Assembly (NCBI GenBank): GCA_965207885.1
Contig: OZ242311.1
Span: 5,952,001 to 6,016,000, forward strand
DNA from: Candidatus Latescibacterota bacterium
GTDB lineage: Bacteria; Latescibacterota; UBA2968
DNA: 64,000 bases
Direction of reading: 5' to 3'
Shown here: one piece after another, positions 29,481 through 38,721 of the stretch
Numbering within the stretch: the stretch's first letter is position 1
Layout: every line of letters begins with the position of its first letter
Notes under the pieces: model-generated
What the model was told of the DNA's origin: nothing
The model's database searches: none
The model's input: the letters and a program-made list of their open reading frames with translations, nothing else
Translations under genes and position numbers: made by a program

Positions 29481-30125
29481 TTAACGGTCGCTCATCATCG
29501 CCCGAATGCGATCTTCCGTGAGCATATTTTTTCCATTCATAGGTTGCACCAATCGCTCCAGATAACGCGCGATTATATCCACTTCGATATTTACCCGGTC
29601 ACCCGGATATTTTTCCGATAATGTCGTAACTTTTAGTGTGTGCGGAATTGCCGCAATCGAAAAGGTGCGGTCGGTTACTGCAATTACTGTCAGGCTGATT
29701 CCATTGACGGTGATGGATCCTTTTTCGGCAATATAAGGGGCCAACTCAGGCGGTACTTCAAATTCAAATACAATTTGATCCGAAGATTCCGTTCGGCCTT
29801 TCACGTGGCCCACACCATCGATGTGTGCGGCTACGAGATGACCGTCGAGGCGGTCGCCGAGTTTTAAAGATCGCTCTAAATTAACGCGGTTGCCCACGCG
29901 ACAATCACCCAATGTGGTTCTTTGCAGTGTTTCTGCTATGGATTCGATCACAAATGTGTCGGCATCAAAATGTACGACGGTATGGCACGCACCTTCAATG
30001 GCAATGCTGTCGCCTATTTTTACGCCATTGAGAACTTGCTTTGCCGCTATGGTCGTGCGCTGATAATCCGCGCGCGATTCAATATGCCGAATCGTTCCCA
30101 CTTCCTCTACAATGCCAGTAAACAT
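29481..30125 (-). CDS. ribE: Riboflavin synthase alpha chain
   Basis: MFTGIVEE N-terminus, VNLERSL, GISLTV. Confidence 0.96.
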   Translation of the reverse strand: MFTGIVEEVGTIRHIESRADYQRTTIAAKQVLNGVKIGDSIAIEGACHTVVHFDADTFVIESIAETLQRTTLGDCRVGNRVNLERSLKLGDRLDGHLVAAHIDGVGHVKGRTESSDQIVFEFEVPPELAPYIAEKGSITVNGISLTVIAVTDRTFSIAAIPHTLKVTTLSEKYPGDRVNIEVDIIARYLERLVQPMNGKNMLTEDRIRAMMSDR

Positions 30126-30823
30126 GATTGCTCAGCCGTTTTTGGACGTTTTTTTACGCGAGCAGTGAACAGAAAATCATTGCCGATGGATTCGACTTTT
30201 ACGTTTTCAAGTTCGATTGCATCGGTTATTGAAGTGATGTTTAAGGATCCGATTGCGGGTATGCCTGCACCCAGTATTTTGGGCGCAACAAATGCGGCTA
30301 TCCGATCTACCAGGCTCAGGCGCAATGCCGATGCAGCTACGCGACTGCCGCCTTCGATCAGGATGTGTCGCAATCCCATTTGAGCGGCTTTTTGCAAGAC
30401 TGCTTTCAAGTCTATTTGACCATTCAGTATTGGCAACTGCCAGACCTGCGCTCCTTTTTTTTTTCGTTCTTTTATCCGTTTTTTGCACACTTCTTCAGCG
30501 GTTGCTATAATCAGAGGTGCCCCGCCAAAAATTTTAGCGTTTAGTCCAATTTTTAGCTGAGAGTCCAGAACGATCTTTGTCGGGCTGCATCCATCGACAT
30601 ATCGCACGGATAATTCCGGGTCGTCGGCCATCACAGTGCCGCGCCCGACCAGAATTGCGTCGGCCTCTGCGCGAAGTTGATGTCCGCGCACCCGCGATGC
30701 TTTTGATGTGATCCACTTCGAGTCGCCCGTGCAGGTGGCGATGTTGCCGTCCAGTGTTTGCGCCAGCTTTAAGGTGACAAAAGGCAATCCGGTTGACCGG
30801 TATTTGGTTTCGTTTTCATTCAT
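30107..30823 (-). CDS. ribD: RibD C-terminal reductase domain only (no deaminase domain)
   Basis: PFVTLKLAQTLDG, SKWIT, DAILVGRGTVMADDP, IEGG; no HAE/PCxxC deaminase motif. Confidence 0.85.
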   Translation of the reverse strand: MNENETKYRSTGLPFVTLKLAQTLDGNIATCTGDSKWITSKASRVRGHQLRAEADAILVGRGTVMADDPELSVRYVDGCSPTKIVLDSQLKIGLNAKIFGGAPLIIATAEEVCKKRIKERKKKGAQVWQLPILNGQIDLKAVLQKAAQMGLRHILIEGGSRVAASALRLSLVDRIAAFVAPKILGAGIPAIGSLNITSITDAIELENVKVESIGNDFLFTARVKKRPKTAEQSCLLAL

Positions 30824-32853
30824 TATTTCACTTCAAAAACGGTTTTTCCAACACCCACATTGCCCAGTGCATCTTCCGCTTTTACTACGAGTGTATAAGA
30901 GCCGGTTTTCAGATTTTGAATAGAGAAATTCAGTGTCTCTATTGGCGAGTCAAATATCTGGTCAGTGGGAAAGACCACCTTCCAATCGTCGGAATTGAGT
31001 GAGTAAGCTGCCTTGTGAATTGCAGTGGCAGCGTCCTGGATTGAACCGGTTACGCGTACTTTTTTGTCGATCTGCCTTATGTTGTGCAACTGCACAGTTG
31101 GTGCCGAATTATCAATTTCAAAGGGCGCGCTGACCGCCTCGGCTGTTAATTCGATGGGATTGTCCAATCTGTCTGATGCGACGACCTTAACTTCTACCGT
31201 GCCATCGGGAACAGCTTCGGTGTGCCAAAAATAATGTGAGGTCTTCAAGTCGTCTTTTAACAGCCGCCAGTTCGGTTCTCCAATACTTCTAAAATACAGG
31301 GTATAAATCAAGGCGTCGTCGTTGGCATCACCGGCAGTCCAATCAATTTTCCACACGCCTTTTTCCATAAATTCTGGATTTTCACCTTCGTTACCAGACA
31401 AGTCGGCCTCGGCTTTAACCCGTAATATTCTGGGATGAACATTGTCCTGCAGGCCCGCGAGTTTGATAGAACGCACCATTGGTGTCGCATCTTCTGATTG
31501 TGTCTTCAATATCAACCGATATTGCAAAAAACGCCCTGGGCGACTGGTAATGGGTTTTCCCGATGTGGTGATTGGCTCTGACCACGCGCTCCACGTATCG
31601 TCGGGTTCTTCGCTGTTGCCGGACCGCGTTTGAACAGCGACCAATGTTTCTGCTGGTGTTTCGCTTTGCCACGATACGCGCCCCCAATGCGATACCCGAT
31701 CAAAGTCATAAGGTTCAGAAGTGAGTTGTCCTTCTCTGGCAAATTCTTTTTCTATTCGATAAATTTCTCCTGATCCGCTGCATCCAATCCACATTGCATT
31801 ATTGTGCGCGGCAATCATTACCCAGGGATTTACATCTTTTAATTCTGCGAGCAAAGTGGCGTTGCCATCGGGCCAAACGCGATACACGCGCCCGTGTTTT
31901 CCCGTGACTACTTTTACTGTGCCGTCGGGATCTATTACAGAATCCAACAACATCGGGTCATCGGTGTTCCACAGTCGCATTGCCAATCCCGAAGGTCGGA
32001 TCGCATACAGTGTTGCGCCGGATTGATCTGACCTTTTTTGCTCTCTTCCATTTCCTTCTGTCCGACCGCTTTGCGCCATCGCTGTCGCATAAATTGTGCC
32101 ATTTGGCCCTACACTCAGCGAGTGAATCTCTTTTTCACGGGCATCGTAAAGTACATCTGCACCACCCTGATCGCGCACCCGATAAATCAGGCCGCTGTTA
32201 TCTGTGCTCGCATAAAGCGCGCCCTGAGCACCTATCGCGAGCGATACCACATTGGGATCTTTGCTCGCGTAGAGCGCGGTGACTTTGCCCTGTTTGTCAA
32301 TTTTCAAAATGCGCCCCTGGTCCCCACCTGTGCCCGCATATAAGCCACCGTTTGGGCGTGCGACTATTGCAAATACATGGCGATCACCTGTCTGACAAAA
32401 TTCCGTGGGTTCTCGTCCCGGGGCGATGCGGTAGATCAGCCCGCCCGGCGATGTGCCCGCGTAAATAGCGCCATCTGCGCCAATGGCGAGGCTAAAAATG
32501 TGAACTGTTGCGGAATCGGGGGCATCAAATAACAGTTCTGCCCGATCGCTGTCGGGTTTGAGCATGTAAATTCGACCTTTATTGCCGGTTCCGATGTACA
32601 GGGTTTTGTCCTTATCTACAGATAGTGCCCACACAAAGTCTTCACCTGTATCTGCTACCCGTTTATAGGATGGCGCCAATGTCACTGTGCCTTCCCGCGT
32701 GAGCGACACGCCATCGGGTTCTCCTTTCAGGAAAGCCGTCTGTGAATCTTCTCGCCAAATTTTGGGCGACACTGCGTTTGCGATTGTTCCAAAGAAGATG
32801 AAAAGCAGCACATGTGTCATCCCCGCTCTCAATATTCTATCTTTTTTCTTCAC
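30823..32853 (-). CDS. Exported beta-propeller protein with C-terminal Ig-like domains
   Basis: Repeated LA..DG.LYAGT...G.IY blades; signal peptide; likely GTG start at 32853 after GGAGAGG. Confidence 0.75.
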   Translation of the reverse strand: MKKKDRILRAGMTHVLLFIFFGTIANAVSPKIWREDSQTAFLKGEPDGVSLTREGTVTLAPSYKRVADTGEDFVWALSVDKDKTLYIGTGNKGRIYMLKPDSDRAELLFDAPDSATVHIFSLAIGADGAIYAGTSPGGLIYRIAPGREPTEFCQTGDRHVFAIVARPNGGLYAGTGGDQGRILKIDKQGKVTALYASKDPNVVSLAIGAQGALYASTDNSGLIYRVRDQGGADVLYDAREKEIHSLSVGPNGTIYATAMAQSGRTEGNGREQKRSDQSGATLYAIRPSGLAMRLWNTDDPMLLDSVIDPDGTVKVVTGKHGRVYRVWPDGNATLLAELKDVNPWVMIAAHNNAMWIGCSGSGEIYRIEKEFAREGQLTSEPYDFDRVSHWGRVSWQSETPAETLVAVQTRSGNSEEPDDTWSAWSEPITTSGKPITSRPGRFLQYRLILKTQSEDATPMVRSIKLAGLQDNVHPRILRVKAEADLSGNEGENPEFMEKGVWKIDWTAGDANDDALIYTLYFRSIGEPNWRLLKDDLKTSHYFWHTEAVPDGTVEVKVVASDRLDNPIELTAEAVSAPFEIDNSAPTVQLHNIRQIDKKVRVTGSIQDAATAIHKAAYSLNSDDWKVVFPTDQIFDSPIETLNFSIQNLKTGSYTLVVKAEDALGNVGVGKTVFEVK

Positions 32854-34609
32854 CCGAACCTCTCCTGCTTGAAAATGTTGCACTACCGTCTTTGCCCACG
32901 ACCAGAAGCGCCGTTTGACTGCCGGTCAATACATAGTTGGTCCGTACGTGTTTTTGGCTATATACCGACTGCTGTGATTTTTGCACGACATCTGACCCTC
33001 GTGCCAGTGATAGTGCTGACAGAACCGAAGTGGGCAGTCCCGAAATTTCGCGTCCGCCCATTGTCACGCTGGGGCGGGAAGCTATGAATCTTGCAACGAG
33101 CACATCATTGCGCCCCGATTTCTCGATCAGACCAATCAGTCCATCCAGTGTTTTGGGTTGATAAGCGGTGCGTTTCATATCTTGTAATCGCTGTTCGCGT
33201 TCATTTACAATCTGCAATATCAAACGTCCTGATGCCATAAACCCGGGAATTGGCAAGGCGACATCTACGGTCTCGCGCTTGCCCAGCAACGGAGCCAGCG
33301 CAATAGAGACGTGTACTGTATCGCCCGGTTCGTAGCGCGAACGATCCAATCGCAGCCCTTCAATACGCGCACTTTGGGTGCGTTCCTCAACGGATAATTG
33401 AAATATAGCCGAGTCAATATTGGCATCGACAAAAGGATTCTGGATCACTTGCGCAAGGGGTTGTGTCAAGCCCAATACCGCCAACCCAAGCCCCTGAGTC
33501 CCTGCGTACTTATTTTTTATTTTCACGGGTTCGCGTTTGGGCATGTGCAACGTCAATTGTCCTGCAACAGTGGTTTCACCCGTCAATTTCTCAGCGGAGA
33601 TAACAGAGGTCGCTACGGCCATTCGCACCAGCAATGGGCCCAATTCTCTGTGTCGAAATACCTCCATATTAAACGAAGCGTCGTGGTTGGGAGATACGAC
33701 AGAGATACGCACGGGCATCATTTCTGCTTCAGATCCTATTACGCCAGCAATGCCCGGTGCGCGATCTTGTAAGATCACACCGATATGTCGCGATGCTGTG
33801 CCTACCTTAAACGAAAGCATCTGGCTGGAAATCACTTCGTGAATAAATGCTGCGGTCATAGACATCGCCGTGCGACCACCAAATAACAGGGGATGTCCAA
33901 ATCCCACTACCTTATCACCCACGCGATGCGTGAGCGTGCCAATACCCGTGACACTGAGATCGCCCCGGACCAGTTGCACGCCCAGAGGCGCGCCCGGTTC
34001 AAATGGACCGATAGATAGAGATGGGTCTGTTCCGCCGCCGCCCTGCATGGGCAACAGGCCGTATTTTGACAATTCTTCTCGATATTCCACGACCACTTGC
34101 TGAGCAAATCCCGAGAGCATCAAAGGTACAGCCACGGGTTTTAGCACACCGCCATGTACGCCATCTATTTGTCCATTCCACGGCGCAGATCCAAATGTCG
34201 CGTTCGACAGGGTGTCTCGCGATGTGCGTTGGAGTACCGTCATCATTTCGCCAATTGGCGTGATTCCCGCAATTGGCTCTTCGGCGAATGCACCAATGCT
34301 GTAGCCGACTGCGCCGACGAGTTTGCCCTCGATATATACCGGACTGCCACTCATGCCGGCGATGACGCCCGTTTGCGCCATGGGGCCACCGGATAACCGG
34401 GCGAGAATCATATCGCTTTTTGGGCCAAAGACATTGCGTAAAACACCCAAAACTTCGACGCCAAATGTATCGATGCGGGTGCCCTGAAATACCGTGCGGC
34501 CAACGCCTTTCATGCCGCGCTGGATATCATCGACGGACATGTACAACTCGGCACTGCTCGATCCATATAGTATGCAGATTGTGAAAAATGTCAAAAATCG
34601 AGAGAGCAT
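32837..34609 (-). CDS. SpoIVB peptidase S55 domain protein
   Basis: GMKGVGRTVFQG, IAGMSGSPVYIEGKLVGAV, FGHP. Confidence 0.88.
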   Translation of the reverse strand: MLSRFLTFFTICILYGSSSAELYMSVDDIQRGMKGVGRTVFQGTRIDTFGVEVLGVLRNVFGPKSDMILARLSGGPMAQTGVIAGMSGSPVYIEGKLVGAVGYSIGAFAEEPIAGITPIGEMMTVLQRTSRDTLSNATFGSAPWNGQIDGVHGGVLKPVAVPLMLSGFAQQVVVEYREELSKYGLLPMQGGGGTDPSLSIGPFEPGAPLGVQLVRGDLSVTGIGTLTHRVGDKVVGFGHPLLFGGRTAMSMTAAFIHEVISSQMLSFKVGTASRHIGVILQDRAPGIAGVIGSEAEMMPVRISVVSPNHDASFNMEVFRHRELGPLLVRMAVATSVISAEKLTGETTVAGQLTLHMPKREPVKIKNKYAGTQGLGLAVLGLTQPLAQVIQNPFVDANIDSAIFQLSVEERTQSARIEGLRLDRSRYEPGDTVHVSIALAPLLGKRETVDVALPIPGFMASGRLILQIVNEREQRLQDMKRTAYQPKTLDGLIGLIEKSGRNDVLVARFIASRPSVTMGGREISGLPTSVLSALSLARGSDVVQKSQQSVYSQKHVRTNYVLTGSQTALLVVGKDGSATFSSRRGSGEEKR

Positions 34610-34693
34610 GCATTCACTTCCGCGTAGAAGGGGATAAGAGAAAATTTTTGCATTCTGATATTATACCGTTTTTTGGGGCGGTGAACAAGTTTC

Positions 34694-34722
34694 TTGTAAA
34701 ACATATCAAATCTGAGTATAAT
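34694..34722 (+). promoter_or_regulatory. Sigma70 promoter of rlmH
   Basis: TTGTAA-N17-TATAAT; a divergent TTGTTC-N17-TATAAT lies on the minus strand at about 34660-34688. Confidence 0.6.
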
Positions 34723-34729
34723 GACAAAT

Positions 34730-35200
34730 ATGCAGATCACTTTGGTCACTGTGGGCAGGTTCAAAGACGCGTGTTATCGAGACGCCGCACAAAATTATAT
34801 CAAGCGACTACAACACTACGTCGCTTATGATGAGATTGAGGTGCGCGAAGAGCGCGGTGGCAAAAATGCCCGCGTGTCTGATATTATTGAGAAAGAAGGC
34901 CATCGCCTTTTAAGTGCGCTGCATCCAGATGCCACTGTGGTTGCTCTCGGGCCTTCTGGCAAATTGTGTCGTTCTGAAATTTTAGCCAAAAGATTGAACC
35001 ATGTGCGCGTACAAAGAAAAAGCCGCCTCTTTTTTCTCATTGGCGGCCCTTTTGGGCTTGCATCTCGAGTTTTGTCGCGTGCAGATTGGCATTTGTCACT
35101 TTCACCTATGACCTTTCCGCACGAATTGGCGCGCGTTATCTTGCTCGAGCAACTCTATCGCGCCTTTACGATTATCAGAGGTGAAAATTACCACAAATAA
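34730..35200 (+). CDS. rlmH: 23S rRNA pseudouridine-1915 N3-methyltransferase
   Basis: FLIGGPFG, LSLSPMTFPHELARVILLEQLYRAFTIIRGENYHK. Confidence 0.96.
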   Translation: MQITLVTVGRFKDACYRDAAQNYIKRLQHYVAYDEIEVREERGGKNARVSDIIEKEGHRLLSALHPDATVVALGPSGKLCRSEILAKRLNHVRVQRKSRLFFLIGGPFGLASRVLSRADWHLSLSPMTFPHELARVILLEQLYRAFTIIRGENYHK

Positions 35201-35224
35201 AACAATTTAGAAACCGCTTAAAAT

Positions 35225-35504
35225 CAGCCCGGGGGCAGGCGACTCACACAGCCTGGGAGAGATGATTCTGCAGAGAATCCGGCTACGTTGAGTCAACTCG
35301 CCCCCGGGTTTTAACATGTCAAAACCAAACCTGTGCTGATAAGGGGTAAATCAGTAATAGCGAGTTCACTAACTCAAATATATGGTAGAAAAATTGGAAC
35401 GGGGAGTTTAGATAAGCTATTCACAGATGACTGAGAAAATCCGATGGGGAATCGGGGTCACCTGCTTGACTCAGGGGGAGTTGACGAGTTTTTGCCACAA
35501 GAAC
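35225..35504 (-). ncRNA. Candidate structured ncRNA (6S-like rod or novel sRNA)
   Basis: Own promoter TTGACT-N17-TATTTT (35539-35511); long-range pairing of 35485-35472 with 35306-35292; alternative 3' hairpin 35229-35308; no convincing ORF. Confidence 0.5.
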
Positions 35505-35586
35505 GGGCTTAAAATAAGCCATTGTTTTTATTAAGTCAAGAGTAGTTTTTTTTAAATCTGATATGAGCCAGATATTGTGTATCACA

Positions 35587-36891
35587 TCATTGTTTACCAC
35601 AGCCCAATGTGGTTCTATTTTTAAATAATCGCGTGTACAGGGTCGGTTCTTCAAAAATCCCTCCGCTTTGATCGTAGTAGTTCCCATCTAACACAAATGC
35701 ACCACCTCTGGGTCGCAACCACGATGCATTGGGCACGGGATATTCCGAGAGCATGCGATCCCATGTTCCGTAATTTTCCGGGCCGTTGGATTCCATCAGT
35801 CCCCCTTTCACACCGGGAAATGCAGGCAATCGCGCGGCCACGTTTTTGTTCCATTCCACCAGCACGGGTACACACGCATTATCCGCCACAAAACACGGTA
35901 CATTATATCGCATTGTGGCTTTGATCATGCGAAAAGCCAATGAGAGGGTTTTACCCGCGGGTTTGATCGCCATAGCGCCATATCCCTGTTCCAGACGGGT
36001 GTGTACATCCGCAATGGTTTCGATGCTCTCATCCCCTGCAAAACGGGCAGGCAAGTCGTGTACATCGATATCTGCTGGGCGGGAAAAGGGTTCTTCAATC
36101 AGGACAATGCGATCCAGAATACCTTCATTGTCCGCGTGATCTAATAAGCGCGCCATGCTGTTTTTTTCGCCATAACGACCATTGGCGTCGAGATAATAGA
36201 GCACATGGCCCGAATCCGTCATCTCCGTTTCGTACTGAGATGCCAGACTGTGAATCTGCGACAGGCAGGCCATGTCTGTTTTTACCATTTCAGTTTCATC
36301 TCCCGGATGCCCAATTTTGATTTTTAGTATGTACGCTCCGCTATCTAAAATTGCCCGCAATTCATCTATGGGCAGGGTATAACTCACTGCGGGTACGAGC
36401 GCGACATGCGATTGGCGATGGGATAAAAATGAGCGAAATTTTTCCGGGATTAAGGCGTCGAAGGTCGTCAATCCCGTCCGCTTTGCATACAAGATCCATG
36501 CGGCATTGTCCAGCGCTACCAGTGCAATTAGCGCAAATGTTCGGCGCAAATCCCCCTGGCCTGTGATCGCTTTGGCATAAGAAAAGACTTCGTTTTCAAT
36601 GGTGTCGAACAATGCGATTGGATCGGCAAATTCTTTCCCTTTGATGTGCTGTAGTGCAAATTCCAGGAGAGACGCCTGGAGCAAATTGCCGCCCATTTCC
36701 GTATGTGCAGCAAATACGGTAGCGTCTGACCACAGTACGGCCAAACCACCTATCCCAAAAGCCTCATACCCATCGGCATCTTTCAAGCGCACGACGAGAT
36801 TCCACTTTTCGTGAAAAGCCGATCCCTTAAACGCAAAGGGCCGTGCGAATGGCTCGCGCTGAATTTCTAAATCTGTTTCGACAATACGCAT
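35587..36891 (-). CDS. Enolase-superfamily protein (mandelate racemase/epimerase-like)
   Basis: KIKIG, YLDANG, IEEPF, GDES, IKP metal and catalytic residues. Confidence 0.8.
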   Translation of the reverse strand: MRIVETDLEIQREPFARPFAFKGSAFHEKWNLVVRLKDADGYEAFGIGGLAVLWSDATVFAAHTEMGGNLLQASLLEFALQHIKGKEFADPIALFDTIENEVFSYAKAITGQGDLRRTFALIALVALDNAAWILYAKRTGLTTFDALIPEKFRSFLSHRQSHVALVPAVSYTLPIDELRAILDSGAYILKIKIGHPGDETEMVKTDMACLSQIHSLASQYETEMTDSGHVLYYLDANGRYGEKNSMARLLDHADNEGILDRIVLIEEPFSRPADIDVHDLPARFAGDESIETIADVHTRLEQGYGAMAIKPAGKTLSLAFRMIKATMRYNVPCFVADNACVPVLVEWNKNVAARLPAFPGVKGGLMESNGPENYGTWDRMLSEYPVPNASWLRPRGGAFVLDGNYYDQSGGIFEEPTLYTRLFKNRTTLGCGKQ

Positions 36892-36934
36892 TTGTTTGTA
36901 TCCTTTGATGTAGCGGTCAGACCAACCAGCCCCC

Positions 36935-36966
36935 GTCATCGCGGCAGGCTGTTAGCCGCGATCCAG
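36935..36966 (+). repeat. REP-like palindrome, copy 4
   Basis: GTCATCGCGGC-aggctgtta-GCCGCGATCCAG. Confidence 0.8.
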
Positions 36967-37013
36967 GAAGTTTTTTTTTATTATTTTGTACTGCGGATTT
37001 TAGGATAATATAC

Positions 37014-37643
37014 ATGCCCAACGCGATTTGCAAGCCCTATATAGTTGGTATTGCCGGAGGCACTGGCGCGGGTAAGACCACACTGTCAAATATACTTTTT
37101 GATCATCTCGGGGATGATTGTGCGCTACGGATTTCCCACGATGCGTATTATCGCGATTTTGCCCATGTCCCGGCAGACCAGCGCAGGCAAATCAATTTCG
37201 ATCATCCCGATGCACTCGAGACAGATTTGCTGGTGCAACATCTTCAGGCATTATCCCGCGGGGAGACCGTGTTGATACCCACTTATGATTTTACTACCCA
37301 TTCCCGTTCTAATAGAACCCTTGAGTTATGCCCTCGCCCCATTATTATTGTCGAAGGCATTCTCCTGTTGGTCGAACAAATGCTGCGCGACGCTCTGAAT
37401 TTGAAAATTTTTGTGGATACGCCACCAGATATTCGCTTGATTCGTCGCGTCAACCGCGATGTTGATGAACGCGGACGCTCTCCCGAATCCGTTACCCTTC
37501 AATACCGCGAAACCGTGCGCCCCATGCACGATATTTATGTCGAACCCTCCCGCAAATATGCCGATCTCATCGTTTGCGGAGATCGCGATTTTACCATTGC
37601 GACAGATTTGATTTTGGGACATCTATGTACCTTAAAAAAATAA
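37014..37643 (+). CDS. udk: Uridine kinase
   Basis: GIAGGTGAGKTT, NFDHPDA, IIVEGIL, VRPMHDIYVEPS. Confidence 0.95.
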   Translation: MPNAICKPYIVGIAGGTGAGKTTLSNILFDHLGDDCALRISHDAYYRDFAHVPADQRRQINFDHPDALETDLLVQHLQALSRGETVLIPTYDFTTHSRSNRTLELCPRPIIIVEGILLLVEQMLRDALNLKIFVDTPPDIRLIRRVNRDVDERGRSPESVTLQYRETVRPMHDIYVEPSRKYADLIVCGDRDFTIATDLILGHLCTLKK

Positions 37644-37644
37644 A

Positions 37645-37668
37645 GGGGAGACCTCAAAAGGTCTCCCC
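37645..37668. terminator. Hairpin between convergent udk and porin genes
   Basis: ggggagacc-tcaaaa-ggtctcccc. Confidence 0.6.
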
Positions 37669-37745
37669 CTCTCGCCTGGTCGCATCTGATTAACCACGCC
37701 ACGAAGCAAACCAGAAATGCCGACCCGGATCGAGAATTGAATAAC

Positions 37746-38492
37746 TTACTGCCCAAATCCGATGCTTACGCCTCCCCAAATAGTGCGGTTGTCGGGATTG
37801 ATTTCTGTATCGGCATAAGAAAATCCAATGGTTGGCGCAATCGAGATTGCGCAGGCATTACAACTGAGAGAAGCTGTAACCGTGAGATCGTTAAAACCTA
37901 TTTTATTAGCACCCGTTTCATCTAATACGTAATTGCTCATCGCAACACTTGCACCGATGCTCAATACTTGCCCATCTTCTGAGCCGAGCGGAATGTCATA
38001 GCCTCCCGACAAAGACGCATACCAGGCCTCTACCAGACCAAAATCGTAATAAAATGTCAGTGCAGGTGATATGGCGTTATCCAGAGAAAGCCCAATATAA
38101 GCTTCTTGCGAGAGATTTGAGTCTTCATCTGCACTGGGAAATACGTATTGGATATAACCGATGGAAACGCCCAGGCCCATGTCCTCGCTCAAGGATCTCG
38201 AATAGTCGGCATAAAAGTCGAGTTCATCGACATTTTGGGTTTGGGTATCGGGATTTCTGTCATCAACGCGGTCTTGCACAAACCACGATCCCCACGCGCC
38301 TAATGACAAACCCGTTTCACCGAATCCCACCTCAATACCCGGCTGGGCCACAATTTTGTCATCGGCTCCGAGCACATAACCGCGCCAAATATATCCCGTA
38401 TAGCTATCTAGAGTAATACCGACCGACATCTGAGCATTTGCGGGGGCGATTAGAAAAATTCCCGCAATCAAAATGCCACATAATTTCTTCAT
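37746..38492 (-). CDS. TorF-like (TIGR02001-like) putative porin
   Basis: Signal peptide, YIWRG, QPG, WGS, ELDFYADY, GYIQYVFP. Confidence 0.75.
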   Translation of the reverse strand: MKKLCGILIAGIFLIAPANAQMSVGITLDSYTGYIWRGYVLGADDKIVAQPGIEVGFGETGLSLGAWGSWFVQDRVDDRNPDTQTQNVDELDFYADYSRSLSEDMGLGVSIGYIQYVFPSADEDSNLSQEAYIGLSLDNAISPALTFYYDFGLVEAWYASLSGGYDIPLGSEDGQVLSIGASVAMSNYVLDETGANKIGFNDLTVTASLSCNACAISIAPTIGFSYADTEINPDNRTIWGGVSIGFGQ

Positions 38493-38721
38493 AAGTCCCT
38501 CCTGATGAGTTTATACACAGTGATACATTATGACCTGTATGCAAAATTTTGTGGCGTACACACAGACCATATTTTGGATTTTGAAGCGTGTACTTTTAGT
38601 TTTTCATTTTCTCCTTTCTAAAAATATATGCGGAAGATGTTTCATTAGGGTTTCTTAAACATAAAAAAAAATGAAATAAAAAACAAAAATACGTCCAATG
38701 TTTCAAGTGTGTAAACGGCTT

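Noticed and set aside
30824-30900. FMN riboswitch before the rib genes
   Set aside because: No intergenic space; ribD overlaps the upstream stop codon
35180-35225. rlmH 3' end as an SCC-like integration site
   Set aside because: No recombinase gene or duplicated att sequence seen downstream
35229-35308. SRP RNA or tRNA-Sec
   Set aside because: No SRP domain IV GGAA tetraloop motif and no cloverleaf or TTC loop
35428-35535. Short + strand ORF MTEKIRWGIG resembling an oxidoreductase start
   Set aside because: About 35 codons, no properly spaced SD, and similarity ends after 9 residues
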